Assembly (NCBI GenBank): GCA_002104945.1
Contig: MCFH01000062.1
Span: forward strand, 245,321 to 309,320
DNA length: 64,000 bases
Direction: 5' to 3'
Source: Piromyces finnis finn
Lineage: Eukaryota; Fungi; Neocallimastigomycota
Shown: piece by piece, positions 51,498 through 64,000 of the stretch
Numbering within the stretch: the stretch's first letter is position 1
Layout of the letters: every line of letters begins with the position of its first letter
Program-made: the position numbers and the translations under genes
Notes under the pieces: generated by a model
Told to the model about the DNA's origin: nothing
The model's input: only the letters and a program-made list of their open reading frames with translations
Database searches by the model: none

Positions 51498-54400
51498 TCT
51501 TTTACATCTACTTTTTTGATATTAATTATAATACAATATATATATAATTATTATTTCATTTTTGAATTTTTTATTTTAAATATTGAATTTCTGACTTTAT
51601 ATTTATATTATGTATATAAAATATGTATAACAAAATAAATAAGTATTAGAAAAAATTAAATATATATGTTATTATATTCATAGTTTATTATTTATTCTGT
51701 TTCATATATTTCATTTATTTCATTTCTATTTAACATTTTTTGGTTTTCTTTTTCAGGTATCTTTATATCTTTAATATACATTTGAAATTATATTTTATGT
51801 ATATATAAGTAATTTAAATTAGTTATATATTCTTATATTTCAATTTTTAAATTCATAAAGTTAAATATAATATAAATCATAAAATTTAAATAATTAATTT
51901 TCGATTTTATTTGGAAATTTCTCTTTAATTGAATATAATTTTTATTTATTTATTTTAAATACCTGATATATATTTAATGATATATAATGAATTCCTATTA
52001 TATCTTTAGTAACTTTATCATTTTTAAGATTATTAAAATAATCAATTTTAACATTTTTATTTTCTTTTTATATTATTACTAATTTTTATTATTGTTTTTA
52101 CTATTTCTTTTTGTATTAAATTATTTTTACTTTTATCTGTTGTCATTTTTTTCTTCTTTTGACTTTAAATCTATTAATATTTTATTAAATGAATTATTTC
52201 TTAGACTAACATAATTATTTTTTATTGATTGATTTTCAATTTCAATTTTTTCTATACAAGAAAATAAATTGATAAGATTTAATAATTTCTTATAATAAAC
52301 AGTCTTTATTTCAACAAACCTAAATGAATTTTATTTTATTAACATAGTAATATTTATATTTTAATATAATTTTGAAATGCTTTAAAGTATTTATACCTTT
52401 ATTCTTGTTTGTTAAATAAATTTTATTCATCAAATCTATCTTTTTCTAATGATGTGTAAAATTTTCAAATGTTACATTAATTTTTTAATATTATTACTGT
52501 CACAATAAATATACAATCCTCATTATATTTTTAATTAACAATATGATATATGTATCTTATATTTTTTTTATTTCTTTTTTTATTAATGGTTATATCACAA
52601 AATATTTTCTTTCTTTTAATTTATTATATATAAACTTTTTAATATAAATATTTGTAATTGAATATATAAATATTCATTTATAAATTGGTATCCATAATGT
52701 TTTTAATTTCAAATATACTCTTCTTTAAATTTTCTTCATTTTTATATCTTGAACCTTTCCATATTATTTTTTTTTCATCGAATTATATTTTTTAAATAAT
52801 ATATTTTGAAATATAAATTCATTACATTTTAACCATTTTTTATAAAGGAAATAGCAATAGAATTGTTTTGTTTTAAAATATTATTTTATTAAATAAATTA
52901 ACATATATTTAGAAATCTTTTATTTATAACTTATTTTGTAAATAACTATATATATGCAAAATTATTTACAATAATTATTCTAATTACATAATTTTATTCT
53001 CCAATTAAGAAAATATCAATGTAAATAATAAATTAATTTATAAAAATAATAATTTCTAAATTTAACTTTTAAAAACTATTTTAAATCATTTTTACTGCTT
53101 TTTCATTAAATTTCAACAATAGTGCAATAGTTATGTAAGAGTTATAACCATTTCAATTATTATATAGAATTATATTTAAGGCTAAAAATAAAATAATATA
53201 TTTTATGTAAATTTATTAAATTTTGAATCTATAATTATATTTATATTTATTACTAATAGTATTGAAGTATTAATAAATTTTATGATTTCCATACAAAATA
53301 AGTATTTATAAAATAAAAAATAAAAATGAATATATTATATTAATTATCATTTTTAAATTTTGAAGTTTCTTCACTTGAATTCTTTTTAAAAGCTAAAAGT
53401 TATTATTTTTTATACTTTAATGTTCACTGTTATCTTTATCTTTAAAATACCTCATAATTACTTATATTCAATATAGTTATTGAAAATATTTAATCATTAA
53501 TATTCATTAATATTATAGTTTAAAAATAAAAACAAATCATTATTTTAGTAAGTATTTATATGTTATAATAAATATTTCGGCTAAATTATTTTAATACTAG
53601 GTAATTTATATTTCTATTGTTACATTATTAATATAACATTTGAACATTAACCGGTTATTTGTATATGATTGATTTTCAATAACATCAAAATTCGAAATCT
53701 TATCAATATTATATTCAATCAATTACCTAAATAAAAAATTATCTATATTAAGTTAATATTTCTATAAAGGTATATAGGTTTGTTTGACTAACAAATATAA
53801 ACCAAGTGATATTAGTTTTTATTATTACTACAAATAATATTTTTTCTTTTTAATTTTTTAAATTATTATACTGTATTATTTATCATTTAAATATTTTCTT
53901 TAAATATTGTATTTATAGTAATGAAATAAAAAAGAATTTTGATACGTTAAAAAAATGAAACCATAAAAGTAACCTACTTTTATTTCTATTTAATAATATA
54001 TTTATTAATAAAATTCATGTTTTTGTTTTGTCTTTCCTTCATTTTTTATTCAGTTGAACTATAGTTATTTATAAATGGTATTCATTTTATTTTTATTTAC
54101 CTTTTACCTTTTAATGAAAAAGTTGCCTTTGTTATTTAAAAAATAAGAAAAAGTCCACTTTTCAACTTTTTTTTTTTTAAAAAAATAAAGTGAATTTCTT
54201 GAAATTTCAAAAAAATTCAAAATTTTTTTATTTTAAAACCATCACATGATCAAAATGTTGAATTAATTTTTTTTAATTATTGCATCATCATTAAAAATTA
54301 ATTTTTTTTTTACTTTTACTTTTAAAAGAGACTTTTTTTTCCTTTTTTTTCTCTTTTAACTTTTAAAAAAGTGGACTTTGATACTTTGAATTTATATTTT

Positions 54401-54777
54401 ATAAAATAAACCTTTTATTCAATTGTATTCATCAAGTAAAAAGTAAAGTATTTTACAATTAATGTACCTGAAAATATTTTATTTCATTTTATTAAATATT
54501 AAATATTATTTTTATTTTTATTTTTAAAAATACTATACAATGTTGATAATACTGAAGATGATGAATTAGCACTGCCGTTATAAACAAACGTATTTTATTA
54601 GCAAAAAATAATATTAAATAAAAGTTTATGAAATAATGAAAATCTAAAAAGTAATCTCTTCAGAATGTGTATGTGTAATGACTTTTTAAAATTTTGAAAT
54701 GCCTTTAATAATATTCATGATTGATGTGAAATACTGTAATAAAACAAAAAATTTATAAAATGATATTTATATATTAT

Positions 54778-55524
54778 AATTTAATAAATGAATCTATAAT
54801 AAAATTTGGAATATACAATTTTAATAGGTTCATATTGTAAATATAATAAGGATAGTAAACTATATTAATAAAAGCGTAAAAAGGTATACTATAAATATAT
54901 ATAGTAAATATATATAATAAATATATATAATAAAAATAATAAAATAAAAAAAGAGAAAATCTATTGATTACAATAATATAAAAAAAATAAATGATAAATT
55001 ATAAATATTAAATAATAATCCTATATTGAAAATAATCATTTGGTATATTACATATTATCATATTTAATTGTTAAAGTGCAAAAATTTTATTTTAAAAAAT
55101 AGTTATTATTTCTTGATTAATGATTAATAACATTTTATTTAACCGTATAAATATATAAATATTCAAGTTAATACGATCTAATAATGATAGATATAATAAT
55201 AATAATAATAATAATCAGGCATTAAATATTTATTAAAATGAATTGAAATTATAAGAGTTTTATTAAACCAAAAAACTACTACAATATAATTTTTAATATT
55301 TTTTTTAATGCATCATTGTATTATTTTAATTTTTGAAGTTTGTACTGAAATTTGTTTTGGATTTAGCAAATAGAGAAAAAGTATAATTTTTTAAATATAA
55401 CTAAATTTTATATCGATTATTCATTATTCTATTTGAAATAAAACTATACAATAATATAACATATAACAATATGAATAGTATTAAATAAAAATTTGAAAGA
55501 AAAAAAATAATAATTCATTTATAT
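54778..55524 (-). repeat. Long inverted repeat arm B'
   Basis: Reverse complement of 50756-51497. Confidence 0.93.
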
Positions 55525-56613
55525 AGGTAAAACAATCAAAGTTTATACTTTATATATTGAAAATTTGATAATAAAATATTTGTAGTTATTATTACACTTT
55601 TTTTTTATTAAAGATATACCATCACTGTTATCATTACTTTTTATTTAAAAATTGTCATGATAAACTATACAAAATAGTTGTTCATTAATTCATTATTATT
55701 TTTAAAGCAACTATTGTATTATTGTATTATATTTATTCAAAATACATGTTATCCTTTTATTATGAAATTTTATGTTTACTATTTAAATTTTTAATTGTAA
55801 TTAAAGTACATTTTTATGTTTTTTTTTCTTTCAATAAACAATCATTTTTTTTATATTTTCTTTGTTTAAATGTTACATTTTATATGACATAAGAAAATTT
55901 AAAAAGAATATTAAAAATATAAAAAGATTTTAAAACAACTACACAATATCAAAATATAATTTTTATACATGTTCTTTTTACTCTATATTGTATATCAGAT
56001 GAAAATATAAATGTACTGAAAAGTATTATAAGTAAAATAAGCATTATAAAATAATTAATTGATTATTCTAAAATGAAAATAAAGCAATTTTAAAATTAAA
56101 TCAAAGAGTAAAGAACTTTAGCTATTTTTATTCTAACATAAAGAAACAATTGGTTATTAAACTACAATTAGTGAATTAAAATATTTTTATAAATATAACT
56201 AGTGGCTTGAATGAAAATAAAATTTAATACAAATCAAATTTGATAAGAGTTTTAGGTAAAATGAATTTTTTTTATATCACTAATTTTTATTATTGTATAT
56301 AAATATAAAATTTAATTGACTCTACAATATATTAAATTTATAAACAACCAACCACTAAAATATAAAATATATGAAGTCAAAAAAAAATAAAAAAGAAAAA
56401 ATAAAGCTAAACAAAAAAAAAATATTATTTTACTTTGGAAAATAATAAAATAGGAAAATAGTAAAAGTAATATTATAATAATAAAGTGTTTAAATAAAAT
56501 ATGAAATATTGAATAAAGTAAAAGATATATTATAGAAAATAATAATATAATAATAGTATTGTAAAAAAAGGACTATGACTATAAATATATAAAAATAGTG
56601 AATAGTTATAATA

Positions 56614-58782
56614 ATGGGAAGTAACACTTTAAATAAACTATTAAAAAGAGAAAATTCAAATATTCAACAAAAAATAATTTCGGATGAAGATATAAAAATA
56701 TATGAATCTGAAATAATAGATATTATGATTGATAAATTAAAAGAAATTCATGTGAGAGAATTCACCTTTCAAAATCTAAAAAAACTAATAATAAATAATG
56801 AGCGATATAAGCATCTTAATGTTGATAATAATAGGAAAGAAAAAATTAAAAATCTTCTTTCTATTTTATTTGGAAAAGCTATTAATATGAATATATTAGA
56901 GATTCATGATATATATACAATAGAATTTCCAAAAGAAATAGGATGTTTAACCAGATTAACTGAGTTGAATCTTAAACACAATAATACATCTGAATTACCA
57001 AAAGAAATAGGAAATTTAACTAATTTAGTGAATTTAATTCTTGAACGTAATAATTTAACAGAACTACCAAGAGAAATAGGAAATTTAACTAAATTAACAA
57101 ATTTAAGTCTTGTTTATAATAAATTAAATAAAATACCAAAAGAAATAGGAAATTTAACACTTTTGACTAGTTTAAATCTTAATGATAATAGAATAAGTAA
57201 ATTACCAAAAGAAATAGGAAATTTAACACTTTTAACCAGTTTAAATCTTTGTCAAAATCAAATAACCGAATTACCAAAAGAAATTGGAAATTTAAAAAAA
57301 TTATCAATTTTAAAGCTTAAACATAACCAAATAATTAAATTGCCAAAAGAAATAGGAAATTTAACTAATCTAGAATGTTTGAAACTTTTTAATAATAAAT
57401 TAATAGAATTGCCAAAAGAAATAGGAAATCTAATAAACTTAACGAACTTGTCCATTGAATATAATAATTTAATCAGATTACCAAAAGAAATTGGAAATTT
57501 AATCAATCTAAGATATTTAGAACTTAATTATAACAATTTAACAGAATTACCAAACGAGATAGGAAATTTAACCAATTTATATAATTTGCTTCTATCGTAT
57601 AATAAATTAACAAAATTACCTAAAGAAATAAAATATTTAACTCGTTTAACTATATTGAATCTTAATGATAATAGAATTAGTAAATTACCAAAAGAGATAG
57701 GCGATTTAACACTTTTAACTAGCTTAAATCTTTGTCAAAATCAAATAACTGAATTACCAAAAGAAATTGGAAATTTAAAAGAATTAACAATTTTAAAACT
57801 TAAACATAACCAAATAATTAAATTGCCAAAAGAAATAGGAAATTTAACTAATTTAAAATGTTTGAAGCTTTTTAATAATAAATTAATAGAATTGCCAAAA
57901 GAAATAGGAAATTTAGTAAACTTAACGAAATTATCTATTAAGTACAATCGTATTATCAAACTACCTAAAGAAATAGGAAATTTAATCAATCTAAGATACT
58001 TTGAACTAAATAATAATAATTTAACAGAATTACCAAAAGAAATAGGAAGTTTAACTAATTTATATAATTTATTATTATCTTATAATAAATTAAGTGAATT
58101 ACCAAAAGAAATAGGAAATTTGACTAAATTAGCCAATTTAGAATTAAATTTTAATAATTTAATAGAGCTACCAATAGAAATAGGAAATTTATCTGATTTA
58201 CGTAGTTTATATCTTACTAATAATAAAATAACAAAATTACCAAAAGAAATTGTAAAACTAGCTGGATTACTTAGGTTAGAGGTTGATGCATCTTTATCCA
58301 TTACACAATATGGATATACTTTAGAAAGTAAAGAAATAAATTTAAGAAAGAGAAAATTAACTGAATTACCCTATGATATAATTAATATGAAATATTCAGA
58401 GAATATGGATATAAGTAATAATCAATTAACAGATTTGCCTCCACTTGGTATTAGTTTAAAAAGACTAGATATGCATAATAATAATTTCCAAACGATATCA
58501 AACAATATATGGAGTTTACATAATTTAGAAGAAGTTATTTTGGATAGTAATATTTTTTCTTCCCAATTAAAAAAAATTAAATTAGATCCAACCGTAAAAA
58601 TTAACAGAATAGAACCTGTCCTAAGATCGGATAATTTTATAACTGTCATCACCATCCTTCTTAATATAAGTAAAATGAAATATCCACTAACAAATAATGA
58701 TTTAATCAAAATATTTGACATCTCTCATGTTTATTTATCGCATAAAATATACATTCCAGAATGTATTAAATCAATCTTATAG
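56614..58782 (+). CDS. Intact intronless intracellular LRR protein: about 100-aa N-terminal domain, about 20 23-aa LRRs, family-specific C-terminal domain
   Basis: 722 aa. Repeated LPKEIGNLxxLxxLxLxxNxLxx, no signal peptide. C-terminus (INL.K..LTELPYDIIN...LTN.D.I..FD..H.YL) is shared with the 21.7, 44 and 46 kb fragments. Confidence 0.93.
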   Translation: MGSNTLNKLLKRENSNIQQKIISDEDIKIYESEIIDIMIDKLKEIHVREFTFQNLKKLIINNERYKHLNVDNNRKEKIKNLLSILFGKAINMNILEIHDIYTIEFPKEIGCLTRLTELNLKHNNTSELPKEIGNLTNLVNLILERNNLTELPREIGNLTKLTNLSLVYNKLNKIPKEIGNLTLLTSLNLNDNRISKLPKEIGNLTLLTSLNLCQNQITELPKEIGNLKKLSILKLKHNQIIKLPKEIGNLTNLECLKLFNNKLIELPKEIGNLINLTNLSIEYNNLIRLPKEIGNLINLRYLELNYNNLTELPNEIGNLTNLYNLLLSYNKLTKLPKEIKYLTRLTILNLNDNRISKLPKEIGDLTLLTSLNLCQNQITELPKEIGNLKELTILKLKHNQIIKLPKEIGNLTNLKCLKLFNNKLIELPKEIGNLVNLTKLSIKYNRIIKLPKEIGNLINLRYFELNNNNLTELPKEIGSLTNLYNLLLSYNKLSELPKEIGNLTKLANLELNFNNLIELPIEIGNLSDLRSLYLTNNKITKLPKEIVKLAGLLRLEVDASLSITQYGYTLESKEINLRKRKLTELPYDIINMKYSENMDISNNQLTDLPPLGISLKRLDMHNNNFQTISNNIWSLHNLEEVILDSNIFSSQLKKIKLDPTVKINRIEPVLRSDNFITVITILLNISKMKYPLTNNDLIKIFDISHVYLSHKIYIPECIKSIL

Positions 58783-61359
58783 TTTTTCAATTTCTTTTTT
58801 CATTTTAAATAATAATTTAAAAAAAAAGTATTTTAATCTCATTATTATTATTAATATATAAATAATAAGTTCAAATAAGTTTAGTTATAATCTTAATCAT
58901 TTGGTATGAATATATAATACTAAATCAATGGGTAGTGCAATGTTCTACCTCAAATATAATCTGTTTATATATATAATGTATTAAATAGAAATGTTTAGAA
59001 AAGGGATTAGAGATTATTTATTTATTAATACCTATAAAAAATAAAATGCCATTATATTATTTAATAGTATCTATTTATAATACATAGGTAGAAATAGTCT
59101 TGACATATATGAATAATAGTTATTATATTATATCATAAATGTCATAAGTCGTAATAGTAAAATAAATTGTTTTATTATGTAGTCAACCTTCAATAGAATA
59201 GATGTAATTACAGATGAAAGATAAATTATATATTAATAATTAAATTTTAAAAAATTAATTATAAAATAATTATAATAAATAAAAAATATATTTTTATATA
59301 TAAAAATTGAATTATAATTAAAACCAAAATTTCATTCATTACACCTTCTTCTTGATTTTATGTATATCTTTTGCAATTTATATATTTAAATATCATATAG
59401 ATTACATATATCAATAATATTATATAAAACACAAATTATATAACCTATAGAATTATTATTTTATTAAATGCTTCTTCTTCTAATTAACACTTTAAGAATG
59501 TTGTTTCCTTTTTTAAATAATATAATTAAGAGAATAGTTATAATAACCTTACAATATGAATTGAAAATGTTTTTTTGGTTTAAAATAAAATTTATATATT
59601 ATTTTTATTCTTATGAATAAAACGAGAACTTTGTAACTAAAAATACAAATTATATTTTCTCCTATAATAATACTGTGGCTAATTTTATTAACTATCAATT
59701 TACAAATAATTTTTATAATATTTAAATAATTTAATTTTATATATATATGATACTAAAAAATTTATGATAAATCAGATGTTTCAGTGTTTCAGTAATAATA
59801 AATAAATAAACTCTATATTTATAAATATTCTTACATTCTTTTTATAATAAATGTAATTATATAAAAATCATTTAACATTATTATTCTTAAATATTTCAAC
59901 TTATTTTCAATTGGAATATTTATATTCAACAATAAAAAAAAATATGAAAATAATTGATTAAAGGTATTGCATATTATTTTACTTAAAAAAAATAGTATTA
60001 CATTCAGTAAATAATATTAAATTAATAAAATATATTTTTGTAATTTAATATAGTTAAATATGTTAAATATATCTTTTCAATTTAATATAGTTAAGTGAGT
60101 TAAATAATCAGTTCCTTTTATTAATTTCAATTTCTTATTAATATTTAAAGCTATCGATTTATATATTCATCTTTCAAAAATTTAAAAAAATGTGTATTAA
60201 TAAACTAATTTTACTATCTTAAAAGTAATTTATTATTACCAATAGTTTCTTTCTCTTTAAACACTGACTTTTCAATTTTTTCATGTTATTTTTTCTTATT
60301 AATTTAATAAGAAACAACTTTTTGTTAAAATTCTCCTTTTAATTATAACTAATTCTACTTTTTATATCATTTTAATAAAAAGTTTCATTAACAACATTTT
60401 CATGATTTATTTTCTTAGTAAATAATATATATAAACATATGAATCATTATAATATAAATTTTATTTAATCATAAAACTGATTATGAGATTGTAATGTGTA
60501 TTTTTTATTACAAATGTTTATATGATCTTTGTTCAAAGAAGTTTTTTCTCATTTTTTAAAATTATGCATTAAATCATTTTTAAAATTAAATATGAAAGAT
60601 AATAATAAAATATCTATTCATAAAATAAATTTTAATAATATATATAGTATATTTTTATTATTCATAATGTTTTTATTGATTTTTCATTAAATATCATTTT
60701 ATTAAAAACAAAGCTGTGTTTATGGTAATGATATTTTGAGTATATAAGATTAAATAATGTTGATATCTTTATATATATAATATCCATATTTATTTATATT
60801 TTATGAATATTTCTGCTTGATAATGTTTTTTTTAAATAAATATACAAATTATGGTTTATATGAATAAAGTCATATTTTCTATCTTCAATTATATACATTT
60901 AAGTTTAATATTAATAGATGTGTTTATAAATATTAGTTTTATATACAAAGCATCTTTTATTCTTTGCTTCCCCCCTTTTTTTTTTTTTTTCATCATCATT
61001 TTTAATAAAATATTAATTATTATTTTAAAAATTCTAACTTTCATTTTTAAAAATAATTAATCAATAATATCCCTTCAACATTTACAATATTAATAAAATA
61101 ATTAATGAATTAGTAATAATTATATATCAAAATTTAAATAAAATACTATCTATTAAAAAAATTAATATCCTTATTTTCTATTTTATATCCTATATAATCT
61201 AATATGAAATTTAGCATAATTTTATTTACCATTTATACTAATAATAAGATATGTAATATTATTATATTTGCTAATTAAATATTATTTGTATTTATTATTA
61301 TTATTATTATTATATAATAAATATATATATATCACAAGTATTTCTTTTTTTTTATTTAT

Positions 61360-62511
61360 ATTAATATATATTTATATTTTTATAATATATTTTTATAATT
61401 ATTATTATCTTTTTATTTTAGTTTATTTTTTCTATTCTACTGATATTTCTATAATATTTTTAAACTAAATTCTTTTTTATTTACTTTTATTACTAATATT
61501 TTTTTTAATATTCACTCTTTTTTTAATATGTAATAAAATAACTTTTACTTTGTTGATTTTTTATATCATTCATATTATACACTGACTTTATTATCTTTTA
61601 CTTAAATATAGTAAAATAAAAGTTTCATATTATACACTGACTTTATTATCTTTTACTTAAATATAGTAAAATAAAAGTTTCATATTCCACTATTTATTTT
61701 AATTCCTTTTAATTATTATCATATAGATATCAATTTTTATAAAAAATAAAAAAAAAAAAAAACTATTATTAGAAACTTAATTGAACCATCTTTGTGGTTG
61801 GTTCTTTTAATTTCACAATTGGTTATAAATCTTTCTTTTCAAAGTATAAATGCAACATCTTTTTAAAATTATATAATAATAGGTTTTTTTATTTCAATTA
61901 AGCAATAATTATTTAAATATTTCTAGCAAGGTTTATGATAAACCCTCATTTCCCTCTATGTTTATAATAAATAATAAAAAGCAGTAACAAAGATTATAAT
62001 CCATTTCCTAATTAAATAGGTTTTATACTCTGAAAACTTTCTTTTTTATCATCTTTTTTTTATATTCCTTCCTCTTTTTTTAAAAAATTAAATAATAATA
62101 GAATACTTACCTTTATGGACTATCAAGCTGACAACTAGCCTTTTCTTTTTAATATTTAAAAAAAAATTAAAAAAAAAAAATAAAAAAAAGAGAAATTCTT
62201 TTTTATTTATTTATTTTTAATTTTAATTTAAAATAATCAATGGCGTATATATAATAATGTTTATTATAATATATGTAATTCATTTATAATATATGTCATA
62301 ATATAATAAAATATTGGAAATTAAATTGAAGAATTTAAGATCAATTTTAATTAAAAAATGGAATAAATTTTTAAAAAAATTTCTAATTTTTAAAAATAAT
62401 TTAAAATGAATGAATATTATTGGTCAATAGTTTAATGAACCACATTAAAATATTTTAATATAAAAGAAAGAAAATTTCAAAAAAATTAAAAAACTTTTCT
62501 TCTTTTTTTAT
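61360..62511 (-). repeat. Long inverted repeat arm A', carrying a private 55-bp tandem duplication (61571-61680)
   Basis: Reverse complement of 49570-50655. catattatacactgactttattatcttttacttaaatatagtaaaataaaagttt occurs twice here and once in arm A. Confidence 0.92.
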
Positions 62512-64000
62512 TATTAAAAAAGGAAGGGTTAAAAGTTGATACTAATAAAAATACTTTAAATATGAATTTTGCAAATTCACAAAAAAAAAAAAAATAATTC
62601 AACGTTCATTGCTGGTGATGGAAAATTTTCATTTTCATTGTAGGGAATGAAGGAAAAAAAATAAAATTAAACAAATGCTTCTTTTTGAAATTGTACTTTT
62701 ACTTTTTAAAAACTTATTTATCATAAATGATTAAACTAATGGAATCTATTTTGTTGATAATATTTATAATACTATGTAGGCTAATTTACATATGTAAATA
62801 TTATTAAATTACTAATCGTGATAAATATTTTAATGGATTTAAAGATATAAATATATTGAATAGTCTTCAATTAAAAAAAATGGTAATGTTAAGTAAAAGA
62901 TTATTTACATTTATAGTTCGTTGTTATTACTTTAAATTTTTAAAAAATATGAATTTATTTGATATAATGTTATTTAATAAATTATAATATTTATTTATTA
63001 TACATATTTACTAACTATTTATTTCGATTAAATTGAACTTTACTACCTTAAATAGCAAAGTATAATTTTAAATACATAATTTATTTATATTATTTTTATT
63101 ATTTACTTTAATATTAACGACCAATATCTTAAACAATTTTAAACTGTGCATTTGAGTATCATTAATAGTTATATTATTAATATAATAATAAGGTATTAAT
63201 ATATTAATGCTTAATATGATAATTGCTATAATATTCAACTTAGTAACACTAAGTTTGATTAAGATTATCTATTGAATGATAATAATAAAAAATAGTAATA
63301 TAAATATATATATATAATTTCCTCTGTTTAATAAATAGGTAAATGTTTAATTTTTAATAATTCTATAATAATTCTATACTTAAGTTTTATTTTATTCAAA
63401 TTCAAAATAATAAAATACACAATAAATAATTTAATAAATAAATACCAAATAAACAAATAGGTAAATCAATAGAGAATATGTTTCATTTTTATCTTTTAAA
63501 TAAATCAATTAATAGTTAAACTTTGTTCAATTTAAATTATACTTAAACTTTTACCTTTTTTTTTTTTTTTAAATTTTAAATTCACTAAAAGATTTAACAG
63601 TTAAAAATAAAAAATTTTTTTAATTATTAATAAAAAATTTATTGGTGGCTAAGTTAAAAAAAAATTAAAATTCAATTTTTAATATTTTCAAAGATTAGTA
63701 GGATTACATTTATAAATATATTTCTTCAACCAATAACATTTTTAATTTTATTTTTATTATCGACATTAGTAGCATTAATTATTTAGGGAAAATAGGATAA
63801 AAATTTTTAAAATTAATTTACACTTATTCTAAAAAAGAAAAAAGGTGTAAGAGCTATATTTTTTCAATTTCAATTAAAAAATACTATTTTATTCAATTTT
63901 GTACTAAAAATTAAATAAAATATTATTTTTTTTTATTTTTTGTTGAAAATACATTATATAAGATAGTGCTTAAAATATTTAAAAAATAAAAGTAATATAG

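Noticed and set aside
51498-54777. Coding-like open stretches on the minus strand of the B/B' spacer (e.g. about 52130-52330)
   Set aside because: No start codon, motif or homology within the window, so no feature can be supported.
57258-58721. Four short minus-strand ORFs with FPISFGN repeats
   Set aside because: Antisense shadow of the PKEIGNL codons.

Overview
Extremely AT-rich eukaryotic genomic DNA, almost certainly from an anaerobic gut fungus (Neocallimastigomycota). Evidence: fungal non-catalytic dockerin (CBM10-like) domains, hevein/CBM18 repeats, short GT-AG introns and long A/T tracts. The left half holds a tandem pair of bacterial-type acyltransferase-3 genes, an 11-exon secreted LRR + 4xCBM18 gene with two in-frame stops, an ankyrin gene with a decayed sister copy, a PiT/Pho89 phosphate transporter, two dockerin-bearing CE1-type esterases, a GPI-type Cys-rich protein and two decayed Rpn/PD-(D/E)XK-like genes. 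The right half is an unstable zone with copies of one intronless 23-aa LRR gene family (one intact, three broken; a fourth broken copy lies at 21.7 kb) and long direct and inverted repeats. The most notable element is a giant-virus (Nucleocytoviricota)-like relic at about 38.0-42.9 kb: an intact but catalytically atypical uracil-DNA glycosylase next to a multiply frameshifted D6/D11-like (VETF-S/NPH-I) SF2 helicase. All family calls come from motif recognition by eye; no searches were run and repeat boundaries are approximate.
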